From Rhodosorus marinus CCMP1338 (Eukaryota; Plantae; Rhodophyta), in assembly GCA_029953675.1 (NCBI GenBank), contig JAMWBK010000013.1, positions 682,001 to 746,000 on the forward strand: DNA of 64,000 nt. Reading direction: 5' to 3'. Shown in pieces: positions 24,201-36,566 of this stretch (position 1 is the stretch's first letter; each line of letters starts with the position of its first letter). A program made the position numbers and the translations under genes. The notes under the pieces are model-generated. The model had not been told where the DNA came from. It saw nothing but the letters and a program-made list of their open reading frames with translations, and made no database searches.

Positions 24201-25801
24201 TCTGGACGAGGTCTTTTCCAACAATGTTGGCAAGAACGTTCAATCTACCCCTGTGGGCCATTCCAATGACCACGTTTTGGACTCCGATTTCCGATCCGTG
24301 AAGCATCATCGTCTACAAAACCCGAAAACCAAAAAAGCGCAAGCATGGATATCAAGGAGGGCCCGATGGGGACGGAGACGGAGAGAGGGCTGACCTCCAG
24401 ACCAGCCCCAATGTTGTTATGGAGAACCTACCTTGAGTCCGGGAATAATCGATTCTCCTCCTTCTAGTCCGAAACGTTTCGCAGTGGAGTACTTCATGGA
24501 CAAAAACTTCTCGAAATACTCAGAGTCGATGAGGTCGGACATGATTGACAGTTTTTGCTCTCTCGTGAACTCCCGGGTGAAGTCGGTATCAAACTTCGAC
24601 TCCACCTGAGACGCGATCCAGTCCTTCTCTGCCTTTGAAAGCATATGCCGATATTCAATTCCGACCTTGCCACAGTAGGCCTTTCTCAATGTGCTCATGA
24701 TGTCCCTCAACGTTCTGACCTGGAAACAGGGAGCATTACGTATTCAGTGTCCCCAATTCGATTCTCTGTTTGCGGCACTTGGTCACGACCACTCGCTTCT
24801 ATCGCGGAAAACGTACGGGGGGTCCTGGAAGCTCCGCGCCAACGACGAACTCTCTATCCAGATCTGCCTCTGTGAAGCCATAGTGAGAAGGCAGGAGCTC
24901 GTTCTTTGTGTTGTGAGGAGGTTGATATGTATTGGACTCCCCGGCTTCGTCATCGATTCGTAGTGGGTCGAGGTCTGCAATGAAGTGACCTCGGTGTCTG
25001 TATGCTCGGATCATTGACATCAACTTGACAGTATCTTCTGCGACCTGGAAAAGGTCCTTCCCTTCCGTCATCACGTGTGGAACCATGCTGACCTGTTGAA
25101 CGTAGATTCCGAACGAGCCACGTGCTTGAGGAAAACACCTCTACGTTATGGGAGCAAAAGAACTTGTGCCGTAGTGAAAAGTTGGTTGCGTAGGATACCT
25201 GGTTCCGACTTTGTCGACTAAGACCCACGGCTTGCCCAGGAGGGAGTCCATTCTCAACGTTTTGGAAGAATCCGGCCCAGGACGGATGCACCTACGGGAG
25301 TAGACAACGGGGCGGGGTGTCCATGGTCAGCGGATGAGGGAACGGCTCTACAGACCACAGCTGTTCAGAAAGTTCTGAACACCATTTCGTTGAAGCTCAC
25401 CTTCTCTGGATTGTCCATGTACTTTTCGTACATCTCTTCAATGACAAAAGCGTTGCTTCCAGTTAGAAACGATTCCGAAGGATCAAGTTTTGTCCCAGAA
25501 AGATGTGGAACCGGATCTCTCTTCTTTAAAGCCGCCGTGGTTGTCGCTATGTCTCTCGTAACCTTCCCGGAATGAATCAACCTGGCTTGAGCCCTGCAAA
25601 CAAAAGAAACAACCAACCATTCATCAAATTCCACACTATCAAGCAAACGCCCTTTTTCAACAAAACGACCTCCAGAGCGAAGAACACACTCAACCAAATC
25701 AATCGACAAACAAAAAAAATTCCGTCTAAAAGGACAAGCACCTACCCAAGCCTCATCCCACCTCGAAGGTTGGTTCCCAACCTCAAGGCGGCGACGCCCA
25801 T
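21234..25801 (-). CDS. OGDH: 2-oxoglutarate dehydrogenase E1 component, mitochondrial (about 15+ exons)
   Basis: Mitochondrial-type presequence [24 protein letters not shown]; [18 protein letters not shown]; [17 protein letters not shown]; [15 protein letters not shown]; [10 protein letters not shown]; [11 protein letters not shown]; GDVKYHLG; NPSHLEAV; HGDASFAGQ; NNQIGFTT; [12 protein letters not shown]; [16 protein letters not shown]; [13 protein letters not shown]; [13 protein letters not shown]; LLPHGYEG; CSGKLYYDL; RVEQLAPFP. Confidence 0.97.
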
Positions 25802-26944
25802 GTTTACAACTCAAAAAAGGACAAACCCCTCAACCTTCCCCCACAACACGCAGCAAAAGAAATCAACCTCCCTCCCAAGATCTCTTCCTCTTCCTCACAA
25901 TTCTATATTATTCTCTCTATTTCCATATCCTTAGATTATCTTTCGCCTTATTCCCAAATTCTACATATATCCAACAGCTCGTCCTTCATTACAAAGCTCA
26001 ATACCTAAACCCCCTCCAAACCTCACCCCCACCCCCACCCGAGTTCCTCGCCAACATCATCACTTGTTACAATCCAAAACTTTCACTGCCATCCCAAAAA
26101 AAACCCCAACTCCATCAAGTAAATGACAAGTAAACCAAAATTTCAAATCCTTCTATTTTAAAAAAGGCACTAAACTTTATCAGATATTAATATAAAATAC
26201 AATATTAGACTGATAATAATTGAGCACCTATATCTCTTAAAATCTTTTATAAGCGTCGTGTATGACAATTAAACTATATTTATCTGGTTGTAAGCATTAG
26301 GAAAAAGATTTATATTTTTGCAATTTTAATGTTTTGCCTTGAGGATACGTTTGCTTAAGAGACATCAGTCCGATAGGATTTCATGATTTCGGGAGGATTT
26401 TTGGGATATGATGTAGGGATGGAAGCTGATTTTTTATTTGATGATTCCAATTGTAGATATCCAATAGACGATTGTTATAGAAATAAATTAACCAATTAAA
26501 CTTTATTAAAAGTAGTAAGGAGCTTATGTTTAAGATAAGTGAAATTATTGGTTTATATATTAACGGCTTAGTAGTCGGTATGTGCTTTTTGATTGTTTTT
26601 GGGAGGGGAAGTGTTGACTGTGCATAATTTCTTTTTTAATTGATATTAAGCCATCCAATCGTATGTTTATGTTTGTAACGGAAATAGCCGAGCTAAGAGC
26701 GATTTTGGTGTGTGAAGGTATTGCTTTTGGGAAGTTGTCTAAGGTGGAGATGTGTCAGAAGCGAGATCTGCGGATGAAATGAAACAGTTGAATTAAAGAA
26801 GAAAGTAACACTCCCTGAGTAGGTTGTGCTAAACAAAGGCTGTGCGTATTTTGGTCTCTACGACAAGCCAACGCTTTCACGCTTTTTATGGATATGTATA
26901 TGCCGAGAAGCTGTGAGGGCAGCTCACGGAAGACTGCGGGAATA

Positions 26945-27012
26945 TGTACTGGCGAGCTCGCTCCCAACGTTTTTCAGGCCTGAAAAACGTTGGGAGCGAG
27001 CTCGCCAGTACA
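26945..27012. repeat. Perfect 68-bp palindrome (34-bp arms, no spacer)
   Basis: tgtactggcgagctcgctcccaacgtttttcagg|cctgaaaaacgttgggagcgagctcgccagtaca: the second half is the exact reverse complement of the first. Confidence 0.97.
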
Positions 27013-27600
27013 CATGAAGAAGATAAAATCGGACCCGGCGAAGGAGTACGAAGGGGCTCTGAAGAGCCTAGGTATATGTTGGGATCCGTCCGCTCTGACA
27101 CCGCGGCGAGTAAAGGCATTGTGGAGGGGGAGATCGCAACGTAGTTTTCCTTCCGTATCCCAATTGGGAACGGACCGCAGATGTCCGTATGTATGGTGTC
27201 GCCGTAGTCCTCCGTTCGGCGCAGTGACTGCTTCAGGGGACCGACTGTTGTCTTGGCTCTTTTGCAGTCCTCGCACTGTGTTCCGTGACCCTTCTCCTCT
27301 ACTTCGATAATCCCTCTTTTGGCTAGAATATCCAGAGCCTCTTCTCCAGGATGCCCCAACCTCCCTTGTAGGATTTCTCTTCAGGCAAAAACAACACTCT
27401 GGGCGGCTCTGGGCGACAGAGCCAACTTCCCCCCCGGCCCTTGCTGGAAAGAGCACTCTCTATTCACGAGCGTTCGTTCCATGGCGACGCCTTATTGCTC
27501 CGCAGTTTTAAATGTGTGTGTGCCAACCGAGGCGTCAGCCCCCGAAGCAGTTGGTCAGCGCCACGCCCTGGGCGGCTGTGATACTATTATTCGGTGATGC
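26945..27600. mobile_element. Rearranged Ty1/copia pol relic (GAG-pre-integrase + integrase core)
   Basis: Minus strand ~27375-27140: LQGRLGHPGEEALDILAKRGII..CEDCKRAK..IHTDICGPFP (pre-integrase Zn region and start of rve). Plus strand 27014-27142: MKKIKSDPAKEYEGALKSLGICWDPSALTPRR, resembling the IRSD.G.EY..L...GI....TP core. A possible degenerate gag knuckle (GCSATRIGHVEPNS, minus strand, ~28100) lies upstream. Confidence 0.85.
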
Positions 27601-28593
27601 GGAAAGATACCCGCCTTCTGACGCTAGGCAATGATGTGGTGACATTCACATCAATCCTTAAAGATGAAAAGCTCGGGATCTAACTCTAGTCTGTAGGTCA
27701 ATCGCTCAACTCCATCGAGAGATGAAAAAAAATCGCTCGAGTTCTCATGGTCGAAATACGCATCAAAAACCGACCCAGCTGGGCTTGCAACCCCGAAGGC
27801 CTATTTCCACTACTAGCTATGTGGTCCACGACAACGGCTTATGCTTTAGACCGATAGTTTCCCACAAGCTCATCGGCTACAAGTCATTTCTTCACGCACT
27901 GGACCACCTCTGCCTGAAAAGTCCTCCTTTCGCTAACGGCTGAAAACTTCTTGGCCATTCTGGTTAGCTTCTATTCAAAGCAGCGCGTCAATTCTTGGAC
28001 TTCTGCTTTACAGCTTCGCCGTGTGTCCCTAAGCGTCAATCACGGTCTTCATCCTCCTCCTCGGTCATCGTCACGAACATCGACGGAGTTGGGATTCCTG
28101 GAGTTGGGCTCGACGTGGCCAATGCGCGTTGCGCTGCAGCCAACTCCTTGAGCGACAGGGATGAAGACGGCGACAAAAAAAACCGTAGTGAACGAGATCG
28201 GGAAGAAGACGAAGTGAACTTACAGTGAAGAAATTGAGTAGCGATAGAACTCTTGAAGCTGCTGGTTAGCTAAGGGGAACGGGGAAGACGACGCCGAGTG
28301 AGACCTGACGACGAGGGCTAAAGTCTTCTTGTCAAGCGATTTGAGTGGTGGGAGAAGTTATCAAAGTGGGCAACAGGAGTCAACTGGGAGACACCTAAGG
28401 AGTATGTATTCTGCCTTGCTTTGAGACGCTCAGCTTCGGCACTATTTTCGGGGAAGGCTGGAGGTTTGTTGAGGGCAAACGGTGGGAAGGGGATGTAGTT
28501 TGGGTTTGGGACAATGATGAACAGGTTGGGATAAAGGTTTGATCGATAGGCTTTGGGAAGGGTTTCTTAGGTGGGAATTTTAGCGGGTGAAAG

Positions 28594-29517
28594 ATGGAGG
28601 AGATTGAGGAATTTGAGGAGGCGTTGAACCAGATCAAGTCAATTGCGAAAGATTCCACTGAGAATCTCGACGGGTATATCGAGAAGGTGGCTGAAGGAGA
28701 GGTGAAATTGTCTGGTGGAATGTCATTCTTAGCGGTGAAGTCACATACTTTTCTGAGTTACTTGTTGGGGATGGTGATTGTGGCTGCGATGAAGGTTGGT
28801 GGCAGGTCGATCGAGAACCATCCGGTTATTGAAATGTTGGTAGAGAATCGGGTGATTTTGGAGAAAATCAAGCCGCTTGAAGAGGCTATGAGGTATCAGA
28901 TTGATAAGATGGTAAAGCTTGCTACGGGCAATCAAGATGAGGAGGACGAAGAGGCTATGCATGCTCCGAATTTGAGCTCGTTGGTCGAAGGGGCGAATGC
29001 TAGGGGTGAGGAAGAAGGTGAGGAGGATGGAGAGGCGAAAGTTTACAAACCCCCTAGAATCGCGGCTGTACCCTTTGATGATGTCGTGGATAAGGAGGCG
29101 GAGAGGGAGAAGAGACGGGACGAGAGAGAAAAGGACAGAGCTAGGCGAAGTTCGGCGGTGAGAGAGCTTCTTCAAGAATTTGGAGATCGTCCTGAGCAGA
29201 TAAGGGAGACCGCTGAAGTCGGAAATTCCGCAAGGGAGTTGAGGCGAATGGATGAGGCTAAGAAGCAGTACGAAGAGGATTATTTCGTGAGATTGAACAC
29301 TTCGAAAGACGAGAAGCGGAAACGCAGAGATCTGAAGCGAAAGGCACGGATGGAAGAGCTCGGTGGAGGTGACCTTCGAGATCTCGTCTCGATGACGGAA
29401 CGAATTAACGAGAAGAGTAAGAAACGCGAAAAGGAAAGACAGCTGCGCGACTCGCTTGCTTCACAGCAGATGATCGCAAAGAAGCGACGGAAGTCCACAA
29501 AATCAAAGAGACGATAG
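28594..29517 (+). CDS. NGDN: Neuroguidin / Lcp5 (Sas10-Utp3-C1D family) SSU processome factor, intronless
   Basis: GGMSFLAVKSHTFLSYL..IENHPVIEMLVENRVILEKIKPLEEAMRYQIDKMVK; YKPPRIAAVPFD; YEEDYFVRL; Lys/Arg-rich tail. Confidence 0.9.
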   Translation: MEEIEEFEEALNQIKSIAKDSTENLDGYIEKVAEGEVKLSGGMSFLAVKSHTFLSYLLGMVIVAAMKVGGRSIENHPVIEMLVENRVILEKIKPLEEAMRYQIDKMVKLATGNQDEEDEEAMHAPNLSSLVEGANARGEEEGEEDGEAKVYKPPRIAAVPFDDVVDKEAEREKRRDEREKDRARRSSAVRELLQEFGDRPEQIRETAEVGNSARELRRMDEAKKQYEEDYFVRLNTSKDEKRKRRDLKRKARMEELGGGDLRDLVSMTERINEKSKKREKERQLRDSLASQQMIAKKRRKSTKSKRR

Positions 29518-29696
29518 AGAGAATCCATAGCAAAACCAAACCAAGTTGCTCTAATTTTTTATTGCTTTTCACTCCAGCCCGAATTGGTTTTTCTGGTGTA
29601 ACTATCTTTCTTAAACAATCACATTTGGGATATCCTTCCGAGAGTCCTGAAAAACCTCCAGATTTACGAACACCGCTGTCCTGGAATAGAACGGCA

Positions 29697-30545
29697 TTAG
29701 ATTGGCGAGATCGCAACTCGAAGCAGTTGAATATCATACGAAAGCGTTTCTCCAGGTTGAATAAGACAACCTTGACCTTCAACACATACTCCACGATCAC
29801 CATATGCTAGTTTCGCTGGTACCACGAGTTTTCTCACCCCACCGGGCTTCATGTCGGCCATGCCTTCTTCCTAAACCGGTGATGGAGATATAGATAACTT
29901 TCGTAAGGAACGTGCCTGCTGTTCTACAGTCTTAGAGGGAGCGGAGTGGTCTGTCCCCTACCCATCCAGGAATGACTTGGTTTTGGCCGAATCTGAAAGC
30001 TAGAGGCTTTCTTCCAGGCGATTCGGAGTTGTCGAAGACCTTGCCGTTGGAGAGGTATCCGACGTAGTTCTAGGGTTTTAGAGTGCAAACGTGGTGTCTG
30101 GTTAGCACAAAGAGCGCAGGAGGGCGACAGATTTGTTTGATGGAAAGGCGGTCTTACGACAATGACGAGGTCTCCGGGTCGCGGTGAACTGCCCTGGCCA
30201 ATTTTTTCGTCTATATATTCGAGGCCGCTATCCAGCTTCACTACTTTTGCAGTTTTCGCATCTGACTTGAGAGGAAGGCCAATGAGCAGTCCCGAGATCA
30301 ATGTCCCACTTGCAACTGCTCCAGAACCACGAAGAACGCAACAACCGGTTGGGTTAGGATAAAGATACCACAGCCAGAAAATAGCCAACCCCCGCACAAC
30401 AAGAACACCAAGCACAGAATGCCTTTTTTAAATCGCAAAAGAGAAAAACCTTACTTTGAACAAACTCCCTCCTCGTAGTACACACTCGAACCCCGCTCTT
30501 CGACCTACTAACACCACCACTCCCAACGACAAACCCGCTATCCAT
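29697..30545 (-). CDS. Thylakoid-lumen FKBP-type peptidyl-prolyl isomerase, 4 exons
   Basis: MDSGFVVGSGG..TTRREFVQIASGTLISGLLIGLPLKSDA (transit peptide + twin-Arg signal); SGLEYIDEKIGQGSSPRPGDLVIVNYVGYLSNGKVFDNS..PLAFRFGQNQVIPGW; EEGMADMKPGGVRKLVVPAKLAYGDRG..IQPGETLSYDIQLL. Confidence 0.9.
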
Positions 30546-31634
30546 GTCCCACAAAAACACACATACACACACACCCAAAAAGCAAACTTCCAAATGCCCT
30601 CCCAGTCCCTTCTTCCACAAAACAATGATCAATAAGCAAAAGCTCAACAAAACTTCTAACCTTGTAGTCCAGATGTTAATGATGAGAGAGCTCCCTATCG
30701 CTTGCTCAGCCCTCGACAGGGAGCCAGCGGCTTCATCAACCCCATCGCCATCAATATCGATCGGTCGCGAGATTCGATCTGAATCCAATCCCCACCAGTC
30801 ACCGTACACCCCTTAGTAAATACTACTACTGTGTACTAATATACAAATGATTTTCATGAGCTGTGGGACGCGGCTGTTGGTTGCGAGACTTCCTTCCCTT
30901 GTAGCATCAAAACATTTAACCTCTTCATGCGGTCCGACATGAACAAGCGGAGCGTTTCCAATCTAAAAACCATGACGGGAGCAGGACGACTGCGTTCACC
31001 CGAACAGGTCAGGCAACAGCAACGATTATCTCCTTTTTGTATGGTTTTTGTTCGCGGAGGATTATCGTTGGAAAATTGCGGGCAAGATGATGAACATAAA
31101 TAACCACCATAGTTTATCATAGTCTCTAATTGTCTCGCCTTTACAACGTCCAGCTCGGTGTCCCTGCCGTAGACGGACTCCTCGTCCTGGACAAGTGGAG
31201 GTGATCTGGTAGGCTCATGTGAATTCGAGATCGGTGTGCGGTAGCCGAAGCCCGTGCCCAGTGTCGGCGCTCTGAAGTCAATACTATCGATTTTTCAGTG
31301 CATCTTTGACTCAGCGATACGCAACGGGTAACGTGAGAATACATCGGCGTTTCAAGTTCATAGCCAATCCGCCAAGCCTCAACCTAGCACCTTGCATTCG
31401 GGTGTCCTGTAGCAGTCAACATGGGGACTGCGTCCTCAGCCGATAAAAACCGCTGGTTCGTCTCCGGCAAACGGGCACCGCGGGGGTTGTGACCTCCTCC
31501 TTGCAGGCTTTCGTATGCCCACTACGTCTCCCACACTGTTCAGTTATGGGTACCCGCTCTAGGTTCATACTGCTTCCTATACGTGATTAGACAGTAAAAC
31601 TTGTGAGTTGTCGACCAACCAAAGTTTTACACTT

Positions 31635-34180
31635 TCATGTGACCCGTACAGATCTACGCAAGGCCCGCGGTTCGTTCTCGTCCCTGGCACTCACGGGACC
31701 GCCTTCCTTCACCAATTCCGAACCAGCTCTTGCCGAAGCTACAGCTGGTGACGGTTTTCTCTCTGAAGCGCTCGTTCGAGAATAGTTTACGGCCCTTTCA
31801 GTACTTGCAGGGTCATGATTGTGGCCCTCATCAACTTTTCCCGAATCAGAATTCTGCTTCCCCAACTCATTCACCCTGCCAGAGGCGCCCACATTCATCC
31901 CGTTCTTGCCCGTCTGTTGAACGCTACCTAGGCTATTATGGAGACAGACGCCAGTTCAACCAATTGAGTAATTAATCTCCGCATGCACCACGGCTAGGAA
32001 ACCGTGCCACTCCTCACCTAGGCGCGCTTTGAACGGGATATCCCATAGCTTTGTACATCTCATAAACCGCACCATAGTCGTACGAAGGATTCATAAACAT
32101 CTGCGATGCCCCGCTCATCATCGGCATAGACCCATGCCGATCAGGCCCTTGACCTCCTCCTGCACCTTGCATCCGATACGCACTCATCATAGACATCCAC
32201 TGGTGCATCTGCACATACCACTCCTGCGCTCTTTGATAGTGGTTGCCGCCCACGGACTTTGCCTTCTTCATGTAGTCCTCGACGTCAAAGCCTGGGTTAA
32301 AACCGGGTGCCCATCCGTTCGGTTGAGCACCAGGGCCCTCCGATTTTTGATCTTCTGGTTTCTTGTTGTCCGGATCGGTCGCTTCGGCGACTGGTTTTCG
32401 ATCCGCATCGGTTGGGAGCTGTCCAGGAACCATCATCTGGTGCATGTTCTGGTAGTACATTGCCTATAACGCGACCGCGCCCGGAGAAAAAAAAACTCAA
32501 GTCAACTTCTTCGGCTCTTCCGACCCCCAATGACCTGTAGGAGTACATACCTGCATTCTGTAAGCATCGCTCTTCGATGCATCAACTCCGTCACCCATTC
32601 CGTTCATCATCGCCCACTGTCCCCAAGGGCTGGGTTGAGACTGTTGTACGTTTGCCGGTACATTCGATCCATTGCTTGCCACCGGTTTACTAGCCTGGGG
32701 CTCCTCTCTTGAGCCTCCTGTTGTTGGCTCAGCGGCTTTAACTGTGTACTCTGCAGACTCCTTACACATGAGTAGGTGCATTCCATGGAGAATACAGCAT
32801 ATGTGAGCACTCCTCGCGGGTGGTTGGGCAGGTTCTGGTGAAGTCACAGACCTTCTTTCTTCGTTTGTTCGGCTTCGGTTTGGGTTTTGTCTGCACCGAG
32901 TCTGCCTCTTTCCTCATCGTGAATCGAGTTGAAGGGCGCTCTGCGATGCCTCGCTGCTCGAGGTTTGCCATAGATGGGCCAAGCCATCGAAACGTCGGTT
33001 TTCGCGCTTTGGATTGCACTTTCTGAATCAAACGCAGCGAGCAGAGGATATTCGCAATGTCATATAGCCGTCGCACTTTCGTCTTTAGCTTGGAATCATC
33101 CACGCTGTCGTTTTTTTTCCCCAAGAGTTGCACTGCGGCCTGAATCCGTTGTAGAGAAACGTTTTGTCAGTTTCTGTATCCATAAGCAGTCTCCCTGTAT
33201 CGAGGAAGACTACTGCCAGCGGATGAAATCGCAGAAAAGCTTCCGCACCTCATCAAGGCCCACATTGCAGTCATTGGAAGTGAGAAAGAGCTGCACGAAC
33301 CGAAGGCTCAAGATTCCAAGAGATTTCTCCTTCCTAGATTCTCCCCTTCCGGACAGCTTCTTTTCTTCGCTGTCGGAATCATCCACTGCAGAAGAATCTC
33401 GATTCTAGTTGACGATTTCAATCCAAAGAGCTTCTGTTAGGACCCCAAAATTTCAGTCTAGATTCTTCAAACTTGGTTCACCTTCTTTTCGCGAAAACCG
33501 TTCGGGTGAGACTCGTTGTTAGGGTTGGTATCCACAAAAGTTTTCTTCGAGCTCTGGTTGGCGAGGGCCTCCTTTTTCAGAGCGGCAAGAGTCGGCTCAA
33601 GCTTTGACTTTCCATACCAAGTGTACCGATTCTTGGCTTTACGAACGACGATCCCAACAGATTCCAATACATTAACTATGTCGTAGATACGCCGTCTCTC
33701 AACACCCAGCCGGGACGCTGCCGCATCAAGGCAGATTTCAGACTCTCCGTTATTGCCGTACATGTTTACAAAACTGTGAAGAAATAGTGGACAAAACGGA
33801 GCAGAACGCCGACGAGTGGTCAGCAAACAAGCGAATTTGCCACAATTTTCAGACGATATATTCTAGGAGAGCAGTTGCAAAGAGTCGTCCTGGCACTTCA
33901 TGCTCGAGGCCAAAGATGCAGCATACGCTGCAACTCATCACTTAACGAAAAACGGTGCGTTTTGCCAGCCAAAATCCAGAAAAGCACGAGAGGAAAAAAA
34001 GCGCTGAAATCCAACCCTCAACGAAACAAAATTGCTTTGCTCAATTTACAATACTAACTTTTCACAGAGCAACCCCAGCGATTTGTCCTTCCTATTGTAA
34101 GGCTCCAACGACCGCTGGGAGCTCGACCCGCGCTCCTCGTCGCCAGACCTCAGCGCAGTCTGACTTGCCGAATTTATCAT
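31635..34180 (-). CDS. Atypical E2F (DP-E2F-like, DEL / E2F7-8 type) with two DNA-binding domains
   Basis: DBD1 [57 protein letters not shown]; DBD2 [59 protein letters not shown]. The last exon (31635-31925) is tentative; the alternative end is 32014. Confidence 0.9.
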
Positions 34181-35301
34181 TTTTAAACTACATCAAAGAT
34201 CCATTCCAAAATTCCCTAAATCTGCCCAAAACAAAAAAAAATCACACACCGAACAGTTCCCAAACCGCCTTCCTTCCTACCAATTCCACACCAGACCCAC
34301 ACAATCCCACCCCGTCACAACCCTTTTGACCAAACCCCCAAAAACAACAAAAACAAAGAACAAAACCCACTAAAAAACTGGAAAATTTCCCTTCACATAT
34401 CACATTTTCAAGATACCATCTATACAGTTCTATACATCAAAATACATATTATCACCTTTATCACATCTACCCTTTCCCTCCCAAAAAGACTACGACACTC
34501 TCCCATATACCACAAACGAAACTACACCTCCCTCCCCAATCCAAACCCACCTGCCAAACACTCCTTTCTCTTTCCATCCTTGAGAAAACATCAACTCTAG
34601 TGCCAATTCTACTTTTAAGTGTCACCTATTCATGAATTAGTATATCCATTTTTCTAATCTGGGACAATTTTCAATACTTATTTTAGGGGGCATATTGTTG
34701 ATTGAAATATATTATAATGTTTAATTTTTTGGACCCATTTTGGTACTATTGTGTGTTTGAGAAGGGGGTTAGTGGAATATTACTTGGATATGGATTTCGG
34801 GGTCTAGGACGGGGAAGGTTCGCAATCGAGAGTGAGGTGGAGCTGTTGGAAGTAGTGCGAGTGCTGGTCAGCAGCCATGATACCAAGAGCTCAGATGTCA
34901 TCTGTACAGATCATGAGCTGTGGCGTGTTCCCATCTTGCTCAGCGGAAGGATTCGAGTCGTTTTCCGTGTTGATGGGGTGGGGCCAGTCCACGTCGTGTA
35001 GGCTGGCATCACTTGAGCAATGGGCCCCAGGAGCGAGCTGCAAGGCTGCAGCTTGGATGTAGGAACTGGTGTACAGCTCCAGTCTCTGTTCTGGTGTTTA
35101 CCGACCGCATGCTCCTCGCTGAATGCAAAGAGCCAAGAGGGATCCAGGAGGGTCTAAATTATGCTGAAGTAGAGTTGACTCTCTCAAAATACAGCCAGGT
35201 CCACATTCTACAAACAAAGAAAATCGAGAAATTGAAACATTTGCGATCTATCAATCAATGTGGTCGCCTATACAGAATTTCAAGCAAAAAAAATGTATCA
35301 G

Positions 35302-35313
35302 TTTCCCGCGAAA
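35302..35313. promoter_or_regulatory. Overlapping double E2F site TTTCCCGCGAAA
   Basis: Matches the TTTSSCGC consensus on one strand and TTTCGCGG on the other; lies in the divergent DEL/MED9 intergenic region. Confidence 0.5.
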
Positions 35314-36072
35314 TTTTCCCACTCTCCTCTCTTCCCAGAGAATTCCTGGCTGTTGTGAATGTCAGTTCGCAAATTATCCGATTCTTCTACCCCCGCTGCC
35401 TAGACCACTAAACAGATGTATAATATTTTATACTAAAAAAGGTTCATAATTTATCCTCCAGCTTATTCACTTTACCCCCTCCCGCCCGAGCGCTCGCCTT
35501 GACAAAATCCTGAGGGGGGTGAATAGAAATCGAACCACAAAAATTTTCAATTTTGAAGATGAACGGAAACATTGAATTTCTAAATAATTAGAACTTTTCT
35601 GTCGGGATATCGCAAAAAAAATCCAATCTCTAAGCTCGCCTGCATAGGGGTATCTATTTAGCACTAGTCGTACTCAAATTTATATAATAATTTCTAAATA
35701 TATAATATAAAGAAAATAAATCGGTATGTCAAGCCATAATATCAGTCTAGTATGGCCCAAATTTTGCCCCAAGCTTTTTATTTGACTGACGACTGTGTAT
35801 GTTTATTACGGAAAAGCTTGATTGTTTGTAATTGACTAATTTCTAATTATGGTTTAGGTGAAGTTAGTTGATTGTATTTGATGTGATGGCTTCGAGATGG
35901 ATACTAAGCTGGCACGTCGATGGGGAGGGGATGATGTGAGCATTGAGTGTGGGTAAGGTTCGGGAGTCTTGGGACCAAAGGAGTGTTTGCAGTTTCGGAT
36001 AAACAGTGTCTCTCTGGGATTTTTCTTTTCCTTCTTTTGAGCTTGTTATTTTGGTTTTTTTTGAGCGTTGAA

Positions 36073-36513
36073 ATGGAGTCTTCCGGTGAGCGAGATCTGG
36101 TGAGCGAGATGCGCCTGATGCATTTGGTTTCGTCGATGTTGGAGAAGATCGCTCAGGGAAAGGACGAACCCGAGATTTTGAGTGCGGTCAACGCCCTGAA
36201 TGAGAGGTTTCGGAGTTGCGAGAATATTTTGGATACTCTGCCTTCCGGAGATCTTACCAGGGCCGAGCAGCTAGACCTTCTCAAAGCCCTACATGATCGG
36301 CTGCATCGAACGAGGTCAGTGTGTCATGATTTTCACCAGTTTCTTCTATTTAGGTTCAATCTATTTCCAGCTCGTAAGCTCAAGAGAGTGGCTTTCTCTC
36401 ACGTTTGCACACACCACAATGACAGGGAAATGGTTCAAAAATATCAGTCCTTGGAGGTATTCAAAAGCGTTGAGGATGATCCTGCCAATAACACGGTTCC
36501 CATGGACACCTAG
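36073..36513 (+). CDS. MED9: Mediator subunit 9-like, 2 exons
   Basis: LMHLVSSMLEKI..SAVNALNERFRSCENILDTLPSGDLTRAEQLDLLKALHDRLHRT|REMVQKYQSL aligns to the remembered Med9 core (L..LK.KF..MR....MPG...S..QQ...L..L...K.ELLQKYKSL); intron 36315-36425. Confidence 0.78.
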   Translation: MESSGERDLVSEMRLMHLVSSMLEKIAQGKDEPEILSAVNALNERFRSCENILDTLPSGDLTRAEQLDLLKALHDRLHRTRSVCHDFHQFLLFRFNLFPARKLKRVAFSHVCTHHNDREMVQKYQSLEVFKSVEDDPANNTVPMDT

Positions 36514-36566
36514 TAGGGTTCTTGCCTATCGTTCGGCGTGACGCCGGCCTTACGGTTACTGCTGGA

